Shown: positions 37,801 through 49,967 of the stretch, in pieces
Numbering within the stretch: position 1 is the first letter of the stretch
How the letters are laid out: the number at the start of each line of letters is the position of its first letter
Assembly (NCBI GenBank): GCA_000708835.1
Contig: DF237097.1
Location: forward strand, 93,964 to 157,963
Source: Klebsormidium nitens
Taxonomy: Eukaryota > Plantae > Klebsormidiophyceae
DNA length: 64,000 bases
Direction: 5' to 3'
The notes under the pieces: model-generated
What the model was told of the DNA's origin: nothing
The model's database searches: none
The model's input: only the letters and a program-made list of their open reading frames with translations
Made by a program: the position numbers and the translations under genes

Positions 37801-40800
37801 TGTGCAGGCGGAGGTAGTCGCCCGGGACTTCCGCTTCTGCCGCATCGACGGGAGCATCGTCAGCGCGCGCGAGCGCCAAAAGCTTGTCGAGGTACGTGGC
37901 AGCCTCTCAGCCGAATCGTCGGCTGACCACCTAAAAGGTTCCGTAAGTTCGGCTCCGGTCTTGTATTCACTATCTACCCCAACTGCCTTCGACGACATAG
38001 TACCTGATATGTTGTAAGCATCAAGCAGACGGGTTCGGCTGACGCTTGACTTTAGCGCGCAGCTGGCCCCAGCTGGAAGCTCCGCTCTGGGCCACACGAT
38101 CGCAATAAACGACCTCAAATGACGCAAGATCAATAAGAAAGGCTCAAGCTTTGAAACCCAGCTTTGCCGAATTCGAGTTCAATTCGCCCCCAAATGATTT
38201 CAACTCCACCTGCTCTCCATCCGCAGGAGTTCCAGACGGACCCGGACATCCCGGTCTTCCTGCTGACGTCACAAGTGGGCGGCCTGGGTCTCACGCTGAC
38301 GGCAGCAGACCGGGTGGTCATCATCGACCCGGCTTGGAACCCGAGGTACGGATTCCAGAGCACCCCGTTCGTGCCATAATACAAATACAGCTTGAATCCC
38401 ACTGTGCTTTCCCTTCTACTTAGTTGTACTTCGCTCCAGAGAGTTCCTCGTTGTTTTTGAGCTGGAACGTGGTCAGAAAAGGATCGAAGCCCGTGGCTCC
38501 TAAAATGAGGCCTTAGAACCGGACGCTTCCGAAATGCGGCGCGTGTTAAGGCGATCGCAGGGGCCAAACAGATGAAAGCTTAAGAACGTCAAGGGAGTGC
38601 CGTGGCAACCTTGGTCCACAGACACTTTGCAGCTGTTTCCTGTGAGAAGTTTCAGGATGTCCTTTCTCAAGGCAGCCCTGCGACGTTGCTGTGTATTTGC
38701 CAAACTGGGTCCACACCTATGATTATGAGATCCTTGTACCGTACTGGTAATTGAGTTCGGCAAAAACCAGATGATCATGTGGCCTGCCGAAACTTTCAGA
38801 CGTTATCATGAGGCGATCATGATTCCATTGTTTTAGCAGGTAACTTTGAGTCTGCCGGAAGGACTACATGTCTCACAAGGCCGGTTACAACACCCTGTAA
38901 AGTCCTCTGTCTTTGCAGCGTGGACAACCAAAGCGTGGACCGCCCATGCATGGGGCAGGCGCGCGACGTGGTGGTCCACCGGCTGATAATGGTTTGATTA
39001 TATTAGCAGGTAACTCTGAGTCTGCCGAAAGGAATAAAAGATTTCATGAATACAGTTACAACACCCTACAACTCTGCCTTCGCAGCGTGGACAATCAGAG
39101 CGTGGATCGCGCGTATCGCATTGGGCAGGCGCGCGACGTGGTAGTCTACCGGCTGATCACGGCGGGCACGATCGAGGAGAAGATCTACTGCAAGCAGGTC
39201 TTCAAGGGCGGCCTCATGCGCGCCGTCACCGAGCACAAGGACTACAAAAAGATGTTCAACGAGAACGTGAGGACGCGCTCGGTGGGATCCCTCCGCCCTC
39301 TTTGCTCTCGTTTGATCTGAAGGGGTGGCGCGGCGATTGGGGATTGCGGGTTTGGAGTCCTGCGCTTTGTGCTTCCGTGGAACTGTTCGATTGTCTGGTG
39401 AAAGTCTACCTTGATCCGATTTTGGTTAGTCAAGTCTGCCGCTTCGCTAATAAAAGCGACGAATGCTTTGAGTAGTAGTTGAAACCTACATTTTTGGCTA
39501 GTCACTTCTGCCGCTTCGCAAACAAACCGACGGATGCCTGAGTTGAAGACTGCAAGAAGATGTTCAACGAGAACGTGAGGACGCGCCCAAGGGGATCCCT
39601 CCGCCCTCTTTTCTCTTTTTTGATCTGAAGGGGTCGCGCGGCGATTGGGGATTGCCGATGTGGAGTCCTGCGCTTTGTACTTCTTGTGCTTCCATGGAGA
39701 CGTTCAGTGTCTGCTGACGGTCCAGCTTGATCCGTTTTTGGCTGGTCACGTCTGCTGCTTCGCAAAAACAAACGACGGATGCTCGAATTAAAGACCACAA
39801 GAAGATGTTCAACGAGAATGTGGGTGGGTATCCCTGACCTTTGGTTTGCGGTTCGGTCCAGCGTCTATGCGTCACGCAGTAAGAGGTGTTGTCATCCTGC
39901 CATTGTGCTGGTCTGTTGTGCCTCGTTTCGCTGGCTATCTCGGCCTTCTGTACGCGATATTCTATGAAAGGGGTCCCTTCTGAGGCGCCAAACTTCTCGC
40001 AGAGGCGTTCCGAGCACCCTAAAGTTTGAATTCCGCCCTGAAGGAGATCAAAACCACCTCTTTGAACTGAAATTCTGCCAAAGTTGCCTTTGCTCGGGGT
40101 CTAGCTTCTATCCTTTTCTGCCCAGCTCCCAAGTGCAGTCTAGTTTCTCGGTCTTGCATGTGAGGCTGGTTTCTCGGTCTTCTGCCCTGTCCGTTTACCG
40201 CGCTTCTTCATCATTCCTTTGCATTGAGCTGTTCTCTCAATGTCCCTTGTTTACTCCTTCTCCGTCCCTCTCTTTCTTGCCTCCTGATTCCAGTTTCCAG
40301 CTCGCTTTGCTTCGTAACATACTTCAAGGCTGCCCTCTCCCTGTTCTCTGCAGGAGCTGCGGGCCCTGTTCTCCATCCCCGAGCGCGGCTTCGAGCACTC
40401 CGAGACCATGGAACGGCTGCACAAGTCGCAGGCGGGACTGGTGGAAACGTGAGGCGACGCTTTGTCCACATCTGTAAAAGGCTTTCAGATCTTTGCATCT
40501 CTAAGGTTTATCTTTGGTGCGAGGATCTCAGGGGAGGGCATGAAAATCGAGGAAGGATTTGGACACTTGTAGATTGCCGAGCTCATGTTTGGCCGTTCGA
40601 GGCTTTTCCTCCTTGCGAGGAAAGGTGTTCCTTTCCATAGTCACCGAGAGCAAGGCTTCAGCCAAGGTGATTGTGTTGTTGAAGCGACGATCTGTACCAG
40701 CGTGTGCAGTTTGGATAGGTATTCCTAGCTGACCGGAGCCAGTTTTGCAACCTGACTCGATGAATTTGCGGATCATCGCACATTCCTTCACAGACATCTG

Positions 40801-43800
40801 CAGTCTCCTCACAGATCCAGCAAAACACCTTTTTGAATCAGACAGACATTGATCATAAAGTCTAACTTTTGATTGAACAGTCTCTGAGAAAGTCTCGGGC
40901 CCGTTAAATGCAGGGTCGACATGTCGCAGAGACAGTCTGCAATGCATTGGGTGCAAAGTTTACGGGTCTCGACGGCCTGATCTTTCCGCCTTTCTGGGGC
41001 GTATTGAACACCCCGTCAAAATCAACACGTTGTCCCTGCTTCGAAGGGGCCCGAGAGTGTTTCTCGATTCGAAGTACGTTCGGGGCTGGTGCCAAAAACG
41101 TCTACGCTCGTTCCCATACTTTGATTGGACTGATCCACGGATGCTTCGGACACTTCCAGGACGCCCGAGTTGGACCAGCACATCGCGCGCCTGGAGACAC
41201 GTGGCATCGTAGGAGTGAGCCACCACGACCTGCTCTTCAAGGAGGCCGCGGAGGACGTGCCCATCGTCGCTACCGTCGGCGCCGACACTCTCCGTGCCAC
41301 GTCAGCACCAGCGCGCCGCCAGGTCAGCCCCCGTGTCTGTATTTGAGAACGCGAGTATTGGGCGGAGATAATGACGAGGTAACCGCATTGAGACGGGTAG
41401 GGTTTGTTTGGGAGTCTGGGGTGGGTAGGTGGGCGGCGCAGATTCAAATCGGAATTGGAAATAAATGTTAATGTAGTCGGGGCTTATTATGATCGTGGCT
41501 TATTGTTGTCTTAACTCTCGTGCGTGCGCGTGCTGCTGATCTGGCCTATCCACTTTCGGCTTCTCGTCTTGAGACGAGAGGGGTTGCCAGGCAATGGTGT
41601 CGACTTTTTGAAAGTAATCCGTGGATCTGGATATTGAGTGTGAGTTTGACCAAGATCAGGCCCAAAAATTTCGTGCCACGATATGTAATCTGAAGCCTTC
41701 TTTTGTGAAATGGTATCCGAGCGAGTTCCCCGTGCTTCTTATCAGTGCACAACTCCAGAGGGCGTCTCACACCCTCCATCAGCAATCAGAAGAGAGCACC
41801 TACAGCATATGGGGATTCTTCGGGTTCTAGATTCTGGAGAGAAAGTTCTCTCCTGCTTCTGCTTCTGCATCCAGACAAGCACCGTTGCAAAGAATTGCGC
41901 TTTGCCAAACTGTCTAGAGTTTCTCTTTTGCAGGTGGTTGACCTGACTGGCCGCGGATCCCGGAAGGGCGGTCTGACTGCGCTCCCGACTGCCCGTGTGG
42001 ACCTCCTTTCCGAAGCTCACGCCTACCTCAAGTCGGGCGGCGCGTCAACGTCTACAACTTTTGGCAGCAGTTCCGCCAATCCCTGGACGGTTCCGGCAGA
42101 ATCCCCGGAGCGCTCAGAAGAGCGGAAGGCGGCGGAAGCGGAAGTGGCGGCGCGGCAACGGGTGGATGGCCTGGCGCAGGAGCTTCGAAAAGCGGAGTGG
42201 CTCTTTAAGTCACAGGTAGGTATGAATGATGATGAATTGCGGATATCAAGGCTAACGAGCCAAGAACTCAGCTTTGAAGTCGCGTCTTTTCTGAACCCCG
42301 TAAAGTCAGATGGGTGGGGAAGGTCCTTCTAAACAAAAAGAACTTTGGTTGTCTTGGCAGAGTCAGGGGTACGAGTTTCCCCAAACATGTTCTGGGTATC
42401 GATATTGCGATCAGTGAGTGCATACCCAAGCCAAGCGCACCTTGAGTAGTAATTTGCGGTCGACGTCGCAAATAGGAAATGATTGAGAGTGTTAGCCGCC
42501 GTTCCGAGGAAAATACCATGCATACGAAAGCCAGCAAGCGACCAGGCTTTCAACGAAGGGAAAAGGCCCCCAGATGTCGTGATGCTGATAACTGCTTGGT
42601 TTAAATCCACGTCCGACATAATCTTTTGTTCCTCGTTGAGGCGCAGCCAGTGCCCGACGCATTTAAAGTGCCTCGAACCTGCGACAATAAAGTTCTGGAT
42701 TTCCCAGGGGTGCTTATAAGCCATAATCCCCCGCTTCTGGGGAAGTGGTTGCCCGACAAGGGCGAGAAACCAAGCGGAAACCTGCTATCGCCACAACTTC
42801 TCCGTTTTGGGCTTCTAGTCGTTCTGAAAGGATCTTTTACTCTCTCGTTTCCAGGCGCCATCTTTGCCCGACAAGGGCGAGAAGATCAAGCAGAAGATCC
42901 GTCGCCTCTCCGACCAGCTGAACGAGGCGCGCGTCGCGGCGACCAAACCCTTAAGCCCCGAAGCGCCAGCGGCCGCCCAAGCCGCAGCCACCCAACCCTT
43001 AAACCCCGAGGCCGAGGAGGCGCGTTCGGGCGGCAGCGCTTCCATAGCGGCAGCCCCCGTTACGATCGCCGAGGCTGAGCTCTCGGCCGAAACTGGAAGA
43101 GCAAGACATGAGAAGGGTTTGAATGTTTCTTCGGAAGAGGCAGATTCCAAATGCTTTCGAAAGCCCGGAGGTTCTAGTCCCAGTTCTGCTCTAGAGGAGC
43201 GGCAGTTTCCGGCGGTGAGCAAACCCTCGGCGATTGGTGAAACCCGGGTTTTGAACACCTCCCCTGATCTGGTAAACGGGGCTCCGGGGCCGGAGAGAGA
43301 GGCTCTCGGGGACTCAGGTTGGGGGAGGGTACCGGCGAGGGAGGGGCTAGCTTCGCAGGCAGGCGGAGGGCTCGGAAAGATTCCCCAAGCTGTGGATGCA
43401 GCAACTGTGCCGCTGCAGACTGCTGACGTCATACAGAGCCTCGAGTCAGCTCGGTTTGGGAACGCGCGGACCGTTTTCGGTGGACAGATGGGAGCCGTGC
43501 ATGCTGCGAATGACGTTAGGGGGTCCGGTTTCGCAACCGATTTTGGGAGCTCTGCGCTTGGGCGACCTTCGGTACAGAACCAAGCGAGAACGGTCGCCCT
43601 TACCGGGCAGCCTGCAGGAAGGTCAGTCGGTGCCCCGGTTGAAGAAGAGGGAGGCACAGACCCTGAAAGATCTCCGGCAGACGCGAAATATTCAAGCGGC
43701 GCCAAACCAGCAGAAACGGCAGCTTCGAGCGGACACAAGCACTCTGCCGCGCCGGTTGGTAAGTCTGCACAAGACCGGCCAGGTGACGTCAGCAGGTTAA

Positions 43801-44057
43801 AGGTGTCCGAGGTCGAAAACGACGTTGAGCAAAAGACCGATGGGCGGTTTGGGGTGGCGTTCGGGACGCCGGCTCGGGTGGGAAGTGTCTCGGCGCCTCA
43901 GTCCGAACTGAAGCTCAGGGCTTCTTTGAGGAAGAGGCGGGAGGAGAGAGGCGCTCTGGAGGACAGCCCAACGGGCGGGATGCCTTCGTTCGACCTGGGT
44001 TTGGATGACTTGGACGAGGTTGCTGACAAGTTGGGATCGTTGTCGGTGGTTTCGTGA
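31897..44057 (+). CDS. CHR24: SNF2-family DNA translocase, CHR24 / ERCC6L (PICH) orthologue; 15 exons
   Basis: Exons 31897-32454, 32853-33525, 33900-34047, 34421-34619, 34892-34999, 35559-35705, 36052-36330, 36995-37303, 37808-37891, 38227-38345, 39086-39266, 40354-40448, 41160-41322, 41934-42215 and 42855-44057. Motifs: [120 protein letters not shown] and the CHR24-like LPDKGEKI. Confidence 0.92.
36720..37045 (+). repeat. Three degenerate copies of the CHR24 exon-8 acceptor/head
   Basis: gttccgc(c/t)cagGTCC..GATCTGCGACCA at 36736 and 36817, a fainter copy at ~36895-36940, and the true start at 36995. Confidence 0.85.
38832..39830 (+). repeat. Duplications on both sides of CHR24 exon 11
   Basis: A ~170-bp acceptor-side unit (head copy 38919, true 39086). 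Donor-side units end AAGATGTTCAACGAGAA(C/T)|GT with GT at 39267 (true), 39575 and 39820. Confidence 0.9.
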
Positions 44058-46019
44058 CAGTCGTGGTGGACACTAGACATTAAATGCGAGGAGTTGCCTC
44101 AGCGACGGCTATAATATTTGACGAAGTTGCTCGCTTCAATGAAAGTTGCTTCAGCGTCCCCTATGTTGTTTGACGAGATTGCACGGAAAATCCTTCCTAA
44201 GATGTTGTCTCTTTCGTCGCCTGGTAGTTCGGTGCCATCGATCGAAATATCAGCACCTGCTTGACTTGTCTGTCAAATTGCTATCATTTGCTCTCATTCA
44301 CTTATCATGCAAGCAGCAAGATTCGGCTCATCTTTGGGGCGGATGAGCCGCTACCAACATGAACGTAGGTCGTTTTCTAGTACAAGGTATCAAATCATGC
44401 ACGCAGTTGGCCGAACGGCCCGTTCGACGATGTTATCAATAAAGCTTACAATTGGTCGAGCTGAGGTCTGAATTTGAGCCATGGTTGGACCAGACTTGCG
44501 ACGTGCGGAAGCGTCGATCAGATGAAGTACGTGTGTCTTGAAGCAGTGCCAGATTCACATCGCGGCTTAATATTATATCGCGTGCGCGTGCCTGGCGTAG
44601 CTGCCTGCTGCGATAGCGTGCACCGTATCGGCCCTTCCGAGTCACTCACATGAGATTGAATTTTCTCAAGAAAGATAATAATCAAGTAACCGCATCGGGA
44701 CAGGTATAGAGTTTAGGATACTTTGGTGGGTGTATATGGGTACGTGGGAGGACCGGTATCTATTTGGGTTAGGGTTTGTAGTGTTAGTCGGAGCTTATTG
44801 ATATCTTTCTTGCCAGGTTGAGAAATTATAACCTATTTATGAGGACTCGTGCGGATATATATCGACTCCGAAGATTATACCGCGGGCCAGCCTGAGGCTG
44901 CTTAATATTATTATAACGGCATTCAATCGCGCGACAGTCGTGCGCCGCGCGGCGCCTGCCAGGGTTTCGTTTAGGTGGCCAGTAATTATTTTCAGAAGGT
45001 TTAGAGTTGGCCCAATTTCTGGCGTCATGCATTAAGTAGACGACCGTGCTAATCATAGGGCTTGACGTACTTTGTCGTCACGCCGCTGCTGCCAGGCTGG
45101 AAATGTGCGACTTCGAGCAAGCGACGGAGCCCCTCCATTGGTTAGGCTAGATTCCGCAAACGGTGGTGCTCGTGGCAGGATGATTTTATATTTTCCCACT
45201 GCATTTTATGAACCGATGCCACAAATATTCGATATCTCGCCCGGGTGACTGTGGCTCGGCGGTGGTACTTGCAAAGTCTAGTGTCATCTTCGTTGCCCGG
45301 ATGCCTTTGTATTTCAGCTCTAGAAAGTGACGGGGGCCGCTGCAACAGCTACCACTAGACTGCTCGGGGAGCAACACATTCGCCCCATGCAAAGGATCAC
45401 GGGTGCTCATCGGCTCGTCGCCTAGGGGATCCCGGGTGGGAGTGAGTCTAGCTCGGCGGTTGTTCCGTACAATCGCAACCGCCCGATATAGTGGTACCCA
45501 CAGCCATACCCACGATTAGGTACCTACCTCGGTGCCAAGTTGCCAACCGGGAGAACCAGTAGTCAACTGCTAACAGGCATTCCTCCCCGGGGCGTCGCAG
45601 GTACCTACTATAAATAAGGTACCTAGGACCTCCTAGGTGGCTAAAGGTACGGGTGCACGTGGGCTCGCGAGTCGCGAATCGCGAGTCGCTGGTCGAGCAA
45701 CCGGGTACAGGCCGGAGCTAGGCTCAGGCTAGCCTTGCAATTTACCGGTCTCCGAGTAGGTGCACCGACGGGGAACGGCATCGGCAGAGCACTTCGAAGT
45801 TTGCGGCCGTTGACTAGCGCATGCCGCACTGCAGTCGAACTTGGGTGGAGGGGACGGTGTCGCGGTTCTCTATCCTGGTATTTCCAGCCGTAGCTCCATT
45901 CCAGAGCAGCTCAGTTGAGGAATCTCTTTGTGTCTTTCAAGTCTTTGTCAAAAGTCAGGTGAACGCCACACTTCTCTCCGCTCCGCCCATCCGCTCCGCC
46001 GATCCACTCGCCTTTCACA

Positions 46020-49000
46020 ATGGCCGCCCCCGCCGCCACCACCGCTCACGTCGACAACGGCATACCGCAGGCCATTCCCGTGGCGACACCTGTCGACCCC
46101 ATGAAGGTGGCGGCACCTCCAAGCGGGGGGGATAAGAATGCGGCCCTCAAGGAGGGGCTTGTGCAGGTAAGAGCAGTTTCCCCCTAGCGCAAATACTGTA
46201 TCTTGGTTCGTCTTGCTTTGACCTGTAATTTGGGAAGGACGAAGTGGGGGGGATAAAGGTGTGAGCTTGAAGGGGAGCTAGAGCAGGTTGAGAAATCTGT
46301 AATGAGTGCTCAGCTCTGCTGTTTTGCTATCGAATTCTAGCTGAAACATCGCTTACAGACTCGGTCTGAAAGCTTGGAGTGCGACGCAACAGCAATCCGA
46401 GACTGTCATTGGAGTCTATTGAAGTGCCGTGCTATTCAGGAAGTACTCGATAGCTAAGACCCTCTGCAAATTGGCAATACATTGAGTGATGCCTCAACTG
46501 CAAGTCTGATGCAGGCTACACTATCGATGTTGCTTTTCTGTCCTTGCTGGTTTAGTTGTTATCCTTGGCTGGTTTGTAAGCTCAAAGCCACAGTTGAGCG
46601 CTGAGCGCAGTTCAGGCAAGACAGAGCAGAAAGCTGAATGTCCTTCTTGCATTGTTATAGGCTAGCTGTACAAGACGCGCAACTAACGTTCCTTACATTC
46701 AAGACCCTCTTGATTTTCCTTCCTCATTGTGCGACTCCTGCGGACCATTGCTAGGCATCATGCCAAGCTGGTTTGCGTTCCTCAATTTCCGTCTATTCTG
46801 ACCTGCCCCTCAAAGCTTGTCTGCTTCTCTTTAGTTGAGAGCCTATCTAAACTAGTGAAGGTAAGGATAGCTTGTGGAGCTTCACGAGGAAACTTTCTTG
46901 CTGGCAGCATTGTTGTTCTCAATCCCACTCATTGCACATACACAAGGACTTTACCATACGACTCGCATGCTGAAACACTGCGAATAGAAAAGGCACTTGA
47001 GAAATGGTCAGAGTGACTGAACAAAGTCAGTGCTTCAGTACAAGGGTAAAAGTACTGGACACTGAAGTTATTGCAGCTCTCTACCAAGAATAGCTGTCAA
47101 GAGCTCCGCGGTCGTTGATAATCTGAGAGAACCTGTGCTCAATGCCACAGAATTGTAAACAGCTGAGCTCAAACCTTACCAAGTTACCACCCTCTTTTTA
47201 CCGCTCGCAAAGAACTCCAAAGAGTGCCGAAAGGAACAAAGAGTGCCTCTGCCCCTTTTGCAAAGGACAACCCAAAAGACAGTAGCAAGCTGAGAAAGTG
47301 GCAACTTGGATTTGTGTTCTGGAAAGTGTTTGTCCCATCTTTCTCCGCTTCCTCTTCTCCTTGTGTCCATTCTCAGCCCAGCAGCCACTTTGGCAACGCA
47401 CTTTTGTTACAGTTCCAGCTGAAATTACTCAAGTTACGACTATGTTTATCTAACATGGTTCCTCACATGACATTTCTCACTGCTGACTATAGTAGTCTTT
47501 TTCCTGTGCATTGTCACCAGCTTAGCACGGGCGTCTCTATCGCCATTCTTGAGTGGCCACCCTAAACTTCACTCTGAAAGTCCCCAGCGCTATAAAGCAA
47601 GCGGACCCCACTTTTCTACTCAATCTTCCTGCTCTCCGCTTGCCCCACTGCCCTCTCCATTGCAAACCAGAGAACCAGGTGCTAGATTACTAAAAGCAGC
47701 CAAAACGGATTTTCACCTGGTTCTGTCAAACTCAGCCCGTCTCTCAAATCTCCCCCTCCCTTTGACCCTCTGTAACATAGATAAGAGACATCCACTTTTC
47801 CAAGCCAACGGTTCTCTCCCCCCTCCGCGGTGTTTTGCAGCCAAAGAAACTTTCATCAAAGTCAGCCCTAACAATCCTTTGGAATGTAAACAATCTCTGT
47901 GCAGGTCCATCAAGCTAACCCCGCTCTCCCCTCTCCCCTCTCCGCCGCGCTTCATCAAAGTCAGCCCTCTAAATAAGCCTGTGGAAAGTAATCAATCTCT
48001 GTCCACATCCATCAAGCTAACGCCCCTCCCTCCTCTCCGCCGCGCGCAGTTCGTCGCCCCAGAGCCCCAGAAGTTTGGCGACATTGGCAGGGACATTGGT
48101 CCAGCCATCGAGGGCTCCATTGATGTCCTCAAGAACCTGGGCAATGGCGCTTCCACCGGCACCAAGCCATGGGGGACCGAGTTCTTCGCCTTCTGGGAGA
48201 ACCCGATGATCTGTGAGTTTGCGTGCCATTTGTGCTTCTGCTTCTGAAAGGCTGCACGCCTTGTGTGCTTGTGGACTTCGGTCTCGCCACCTTGAAAGTC
48301 CACCCGCCATTTCTGACTGGTGCTAATTTCCGCTCGAAGTCTCGCTTTGAGTCACAGAGAATGGGGACAATATTACCCTCCATGTTGACGTTGTTTTGTC
48401 AACCAGCTCAGATATCTGAATTAGTGCAGCCCCCCAACTCGCGTAACACCTAAGCTGCCCCTTGGTCACCACGTACTAACCCAAATCAAACAAGACAAAC
48501 CTTCGTTAACCAGGTTCGTCCAGTTATGTTCCCGGAGGCCTGTTGACCGGCTGCTTCCCCTTTGCATGTGCCTCGCGCTTGGTGGCGTTTTGTGTCGGGC
48601 CAGTCGTGCTCTCAAATCCCCTGACCCTGTCATTAACCGTAAACTTTAATCCTTGACCTAACCCCAAAACGAATGTATTTCAGGCCTGTGGACCTGCTGC
48701 TGCCCGTGCATCATCGCCTCCCGCGCGATGGCGTTCGTGTCGGGCCAGTCGTGCGAGAGCCACTGCCTGCAGGGCTGCATCGCCAACGCCATCTGCCTCG
48801 GCCCCTGCTACTTCACGCACCAGCGCAGCATGCTGCGCAAGAAGTACGACCTCGAGGTGCGGCCCTAACCCCGCCCTTAGCCTTGTGTTAACCCAAAAGT
48901 GCTACTGTGAATCATCCACACGCCGGTCAGCGCAGCATATGCTGCGCAAAAGTCGATTTGGAGGTGTGGCGCTGACCCTGCCCTTAAACTTGTTAACCAA

Positions 49001-49967
49001 ACATTCCAAGGTTATTCGAACCAGCATGCTGCGCACGGAGTACGACCTGGAGGTGCGGCGCTAAACCTGCTCTTAACCTTGTGGGAAGTCACAAATGCTA
49101 TTAGAATATCCACGCACCAGCTGTTTCGCCTCTGGGAGCCCCCTCAGCGGGGTTGCTGAGAACAGGGTGACGTGGTCATCCATCCTTGAGCCACTCCAAC
49201 CGGCCACCTCACTTCTGCAAGGCTTGGAATTCTCTAGGTTCTATCGACCGGAACATATGTTTCGCCTTCTTCATTCAGGGTTAAGCTAACCGTCTGTGCT
49301 GACCCTCCAGGGCTCGAACCAGCTGGACTGCATCCTGGCGTGCTGCTGCGGCGGCTGCCTGTTCTGCCAACAGGCCAGGTGGCTCAACAAGAACGCAGGA
49401 TTCGTAAGCAAATCTTCCGAAATCCTTCCTTAAACCGTCCTTGGTCCGGTTTGGCTCCGGCAAAAACATTGGGTTCAGGCCACTTGGCCAGTACAATGAG
49501 CGCACAGATAAGACGGCACGCCCGTTTCAAATATTAGTGTGCCGAACCGTAGGTCGACGTGCCGACTGAGATTCTGATCGTCACGCTGTCGGCGTTGATG
49601 TTTGACGTCCGTCGTATGGAGTCCCAATTCAGGGTCGAGCGTGCTGCATTTCTGGTTGAACGGTGCAAAGCTCGAAGTCGGCGTCAAAAGCGCGCTTGAG
49701 TTTCTGATGAGACGTCTAAAATCACCGAGTTGAATCTTCAACATCTACGATGCCGTCTCAACTGAGAAATGCTGTTGTGGCACTCAGAAATTTACCGACT
49801 TGAAAGGCTGCTCCTAATAAGGAACCGGAAAGCCTTCTGAGTCTGTGGACGCTTTCCCAGAAGCAAGTGCACCTTGCAATCGCCACCAATGCTGTGCACC
49901 TTGCAATCGCCACCAATGCTGTTTCCCAACACCCATTTCTTTCTTGCAGGCTGTGCCCCTCGCGTAA
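46020..49967 (+). CDS. PLAC8-family (PCR/CNR-like) cysteine-rich protein; 5 exons
   Basis: Exons 46020-46166, 48050-48212, 48684-48856, 49311-49403 and 49950-49967. Motifs: PWGTEFF..CLWTCCCPCII, QRSMLRKKYDLEGS..DCILACCCGGCLFCQQARWL. Confidence 0.9.
48510..49085 (+). repeat. Echo copies flanking PLAC8 exon 3
   Basis: Head copy at ~48538. Tail plus donor copies with GT at 48964 and 49053 (true 48857). Confidence 0.85.
49867..49920. repeat. Perfect 2 x 27-bp tandem repeat in PLAC8 intron 4
   Basis: GTGCACCTTGCAATCGCCACCAATGCT twice. Confidence 0.95.

Noticed and set aside
45609-45616. TATA box for PLAC8
   Set aside because: It lies about 400 nt from the ATG and there are no TSS data, so it cannot be supported.
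44690-45650. Possible transposon remnant between CHR24 and PLAC8
   Set aside because: The composition is unusual, but I found no TIRs, TSD, LTRs or coding remnant.
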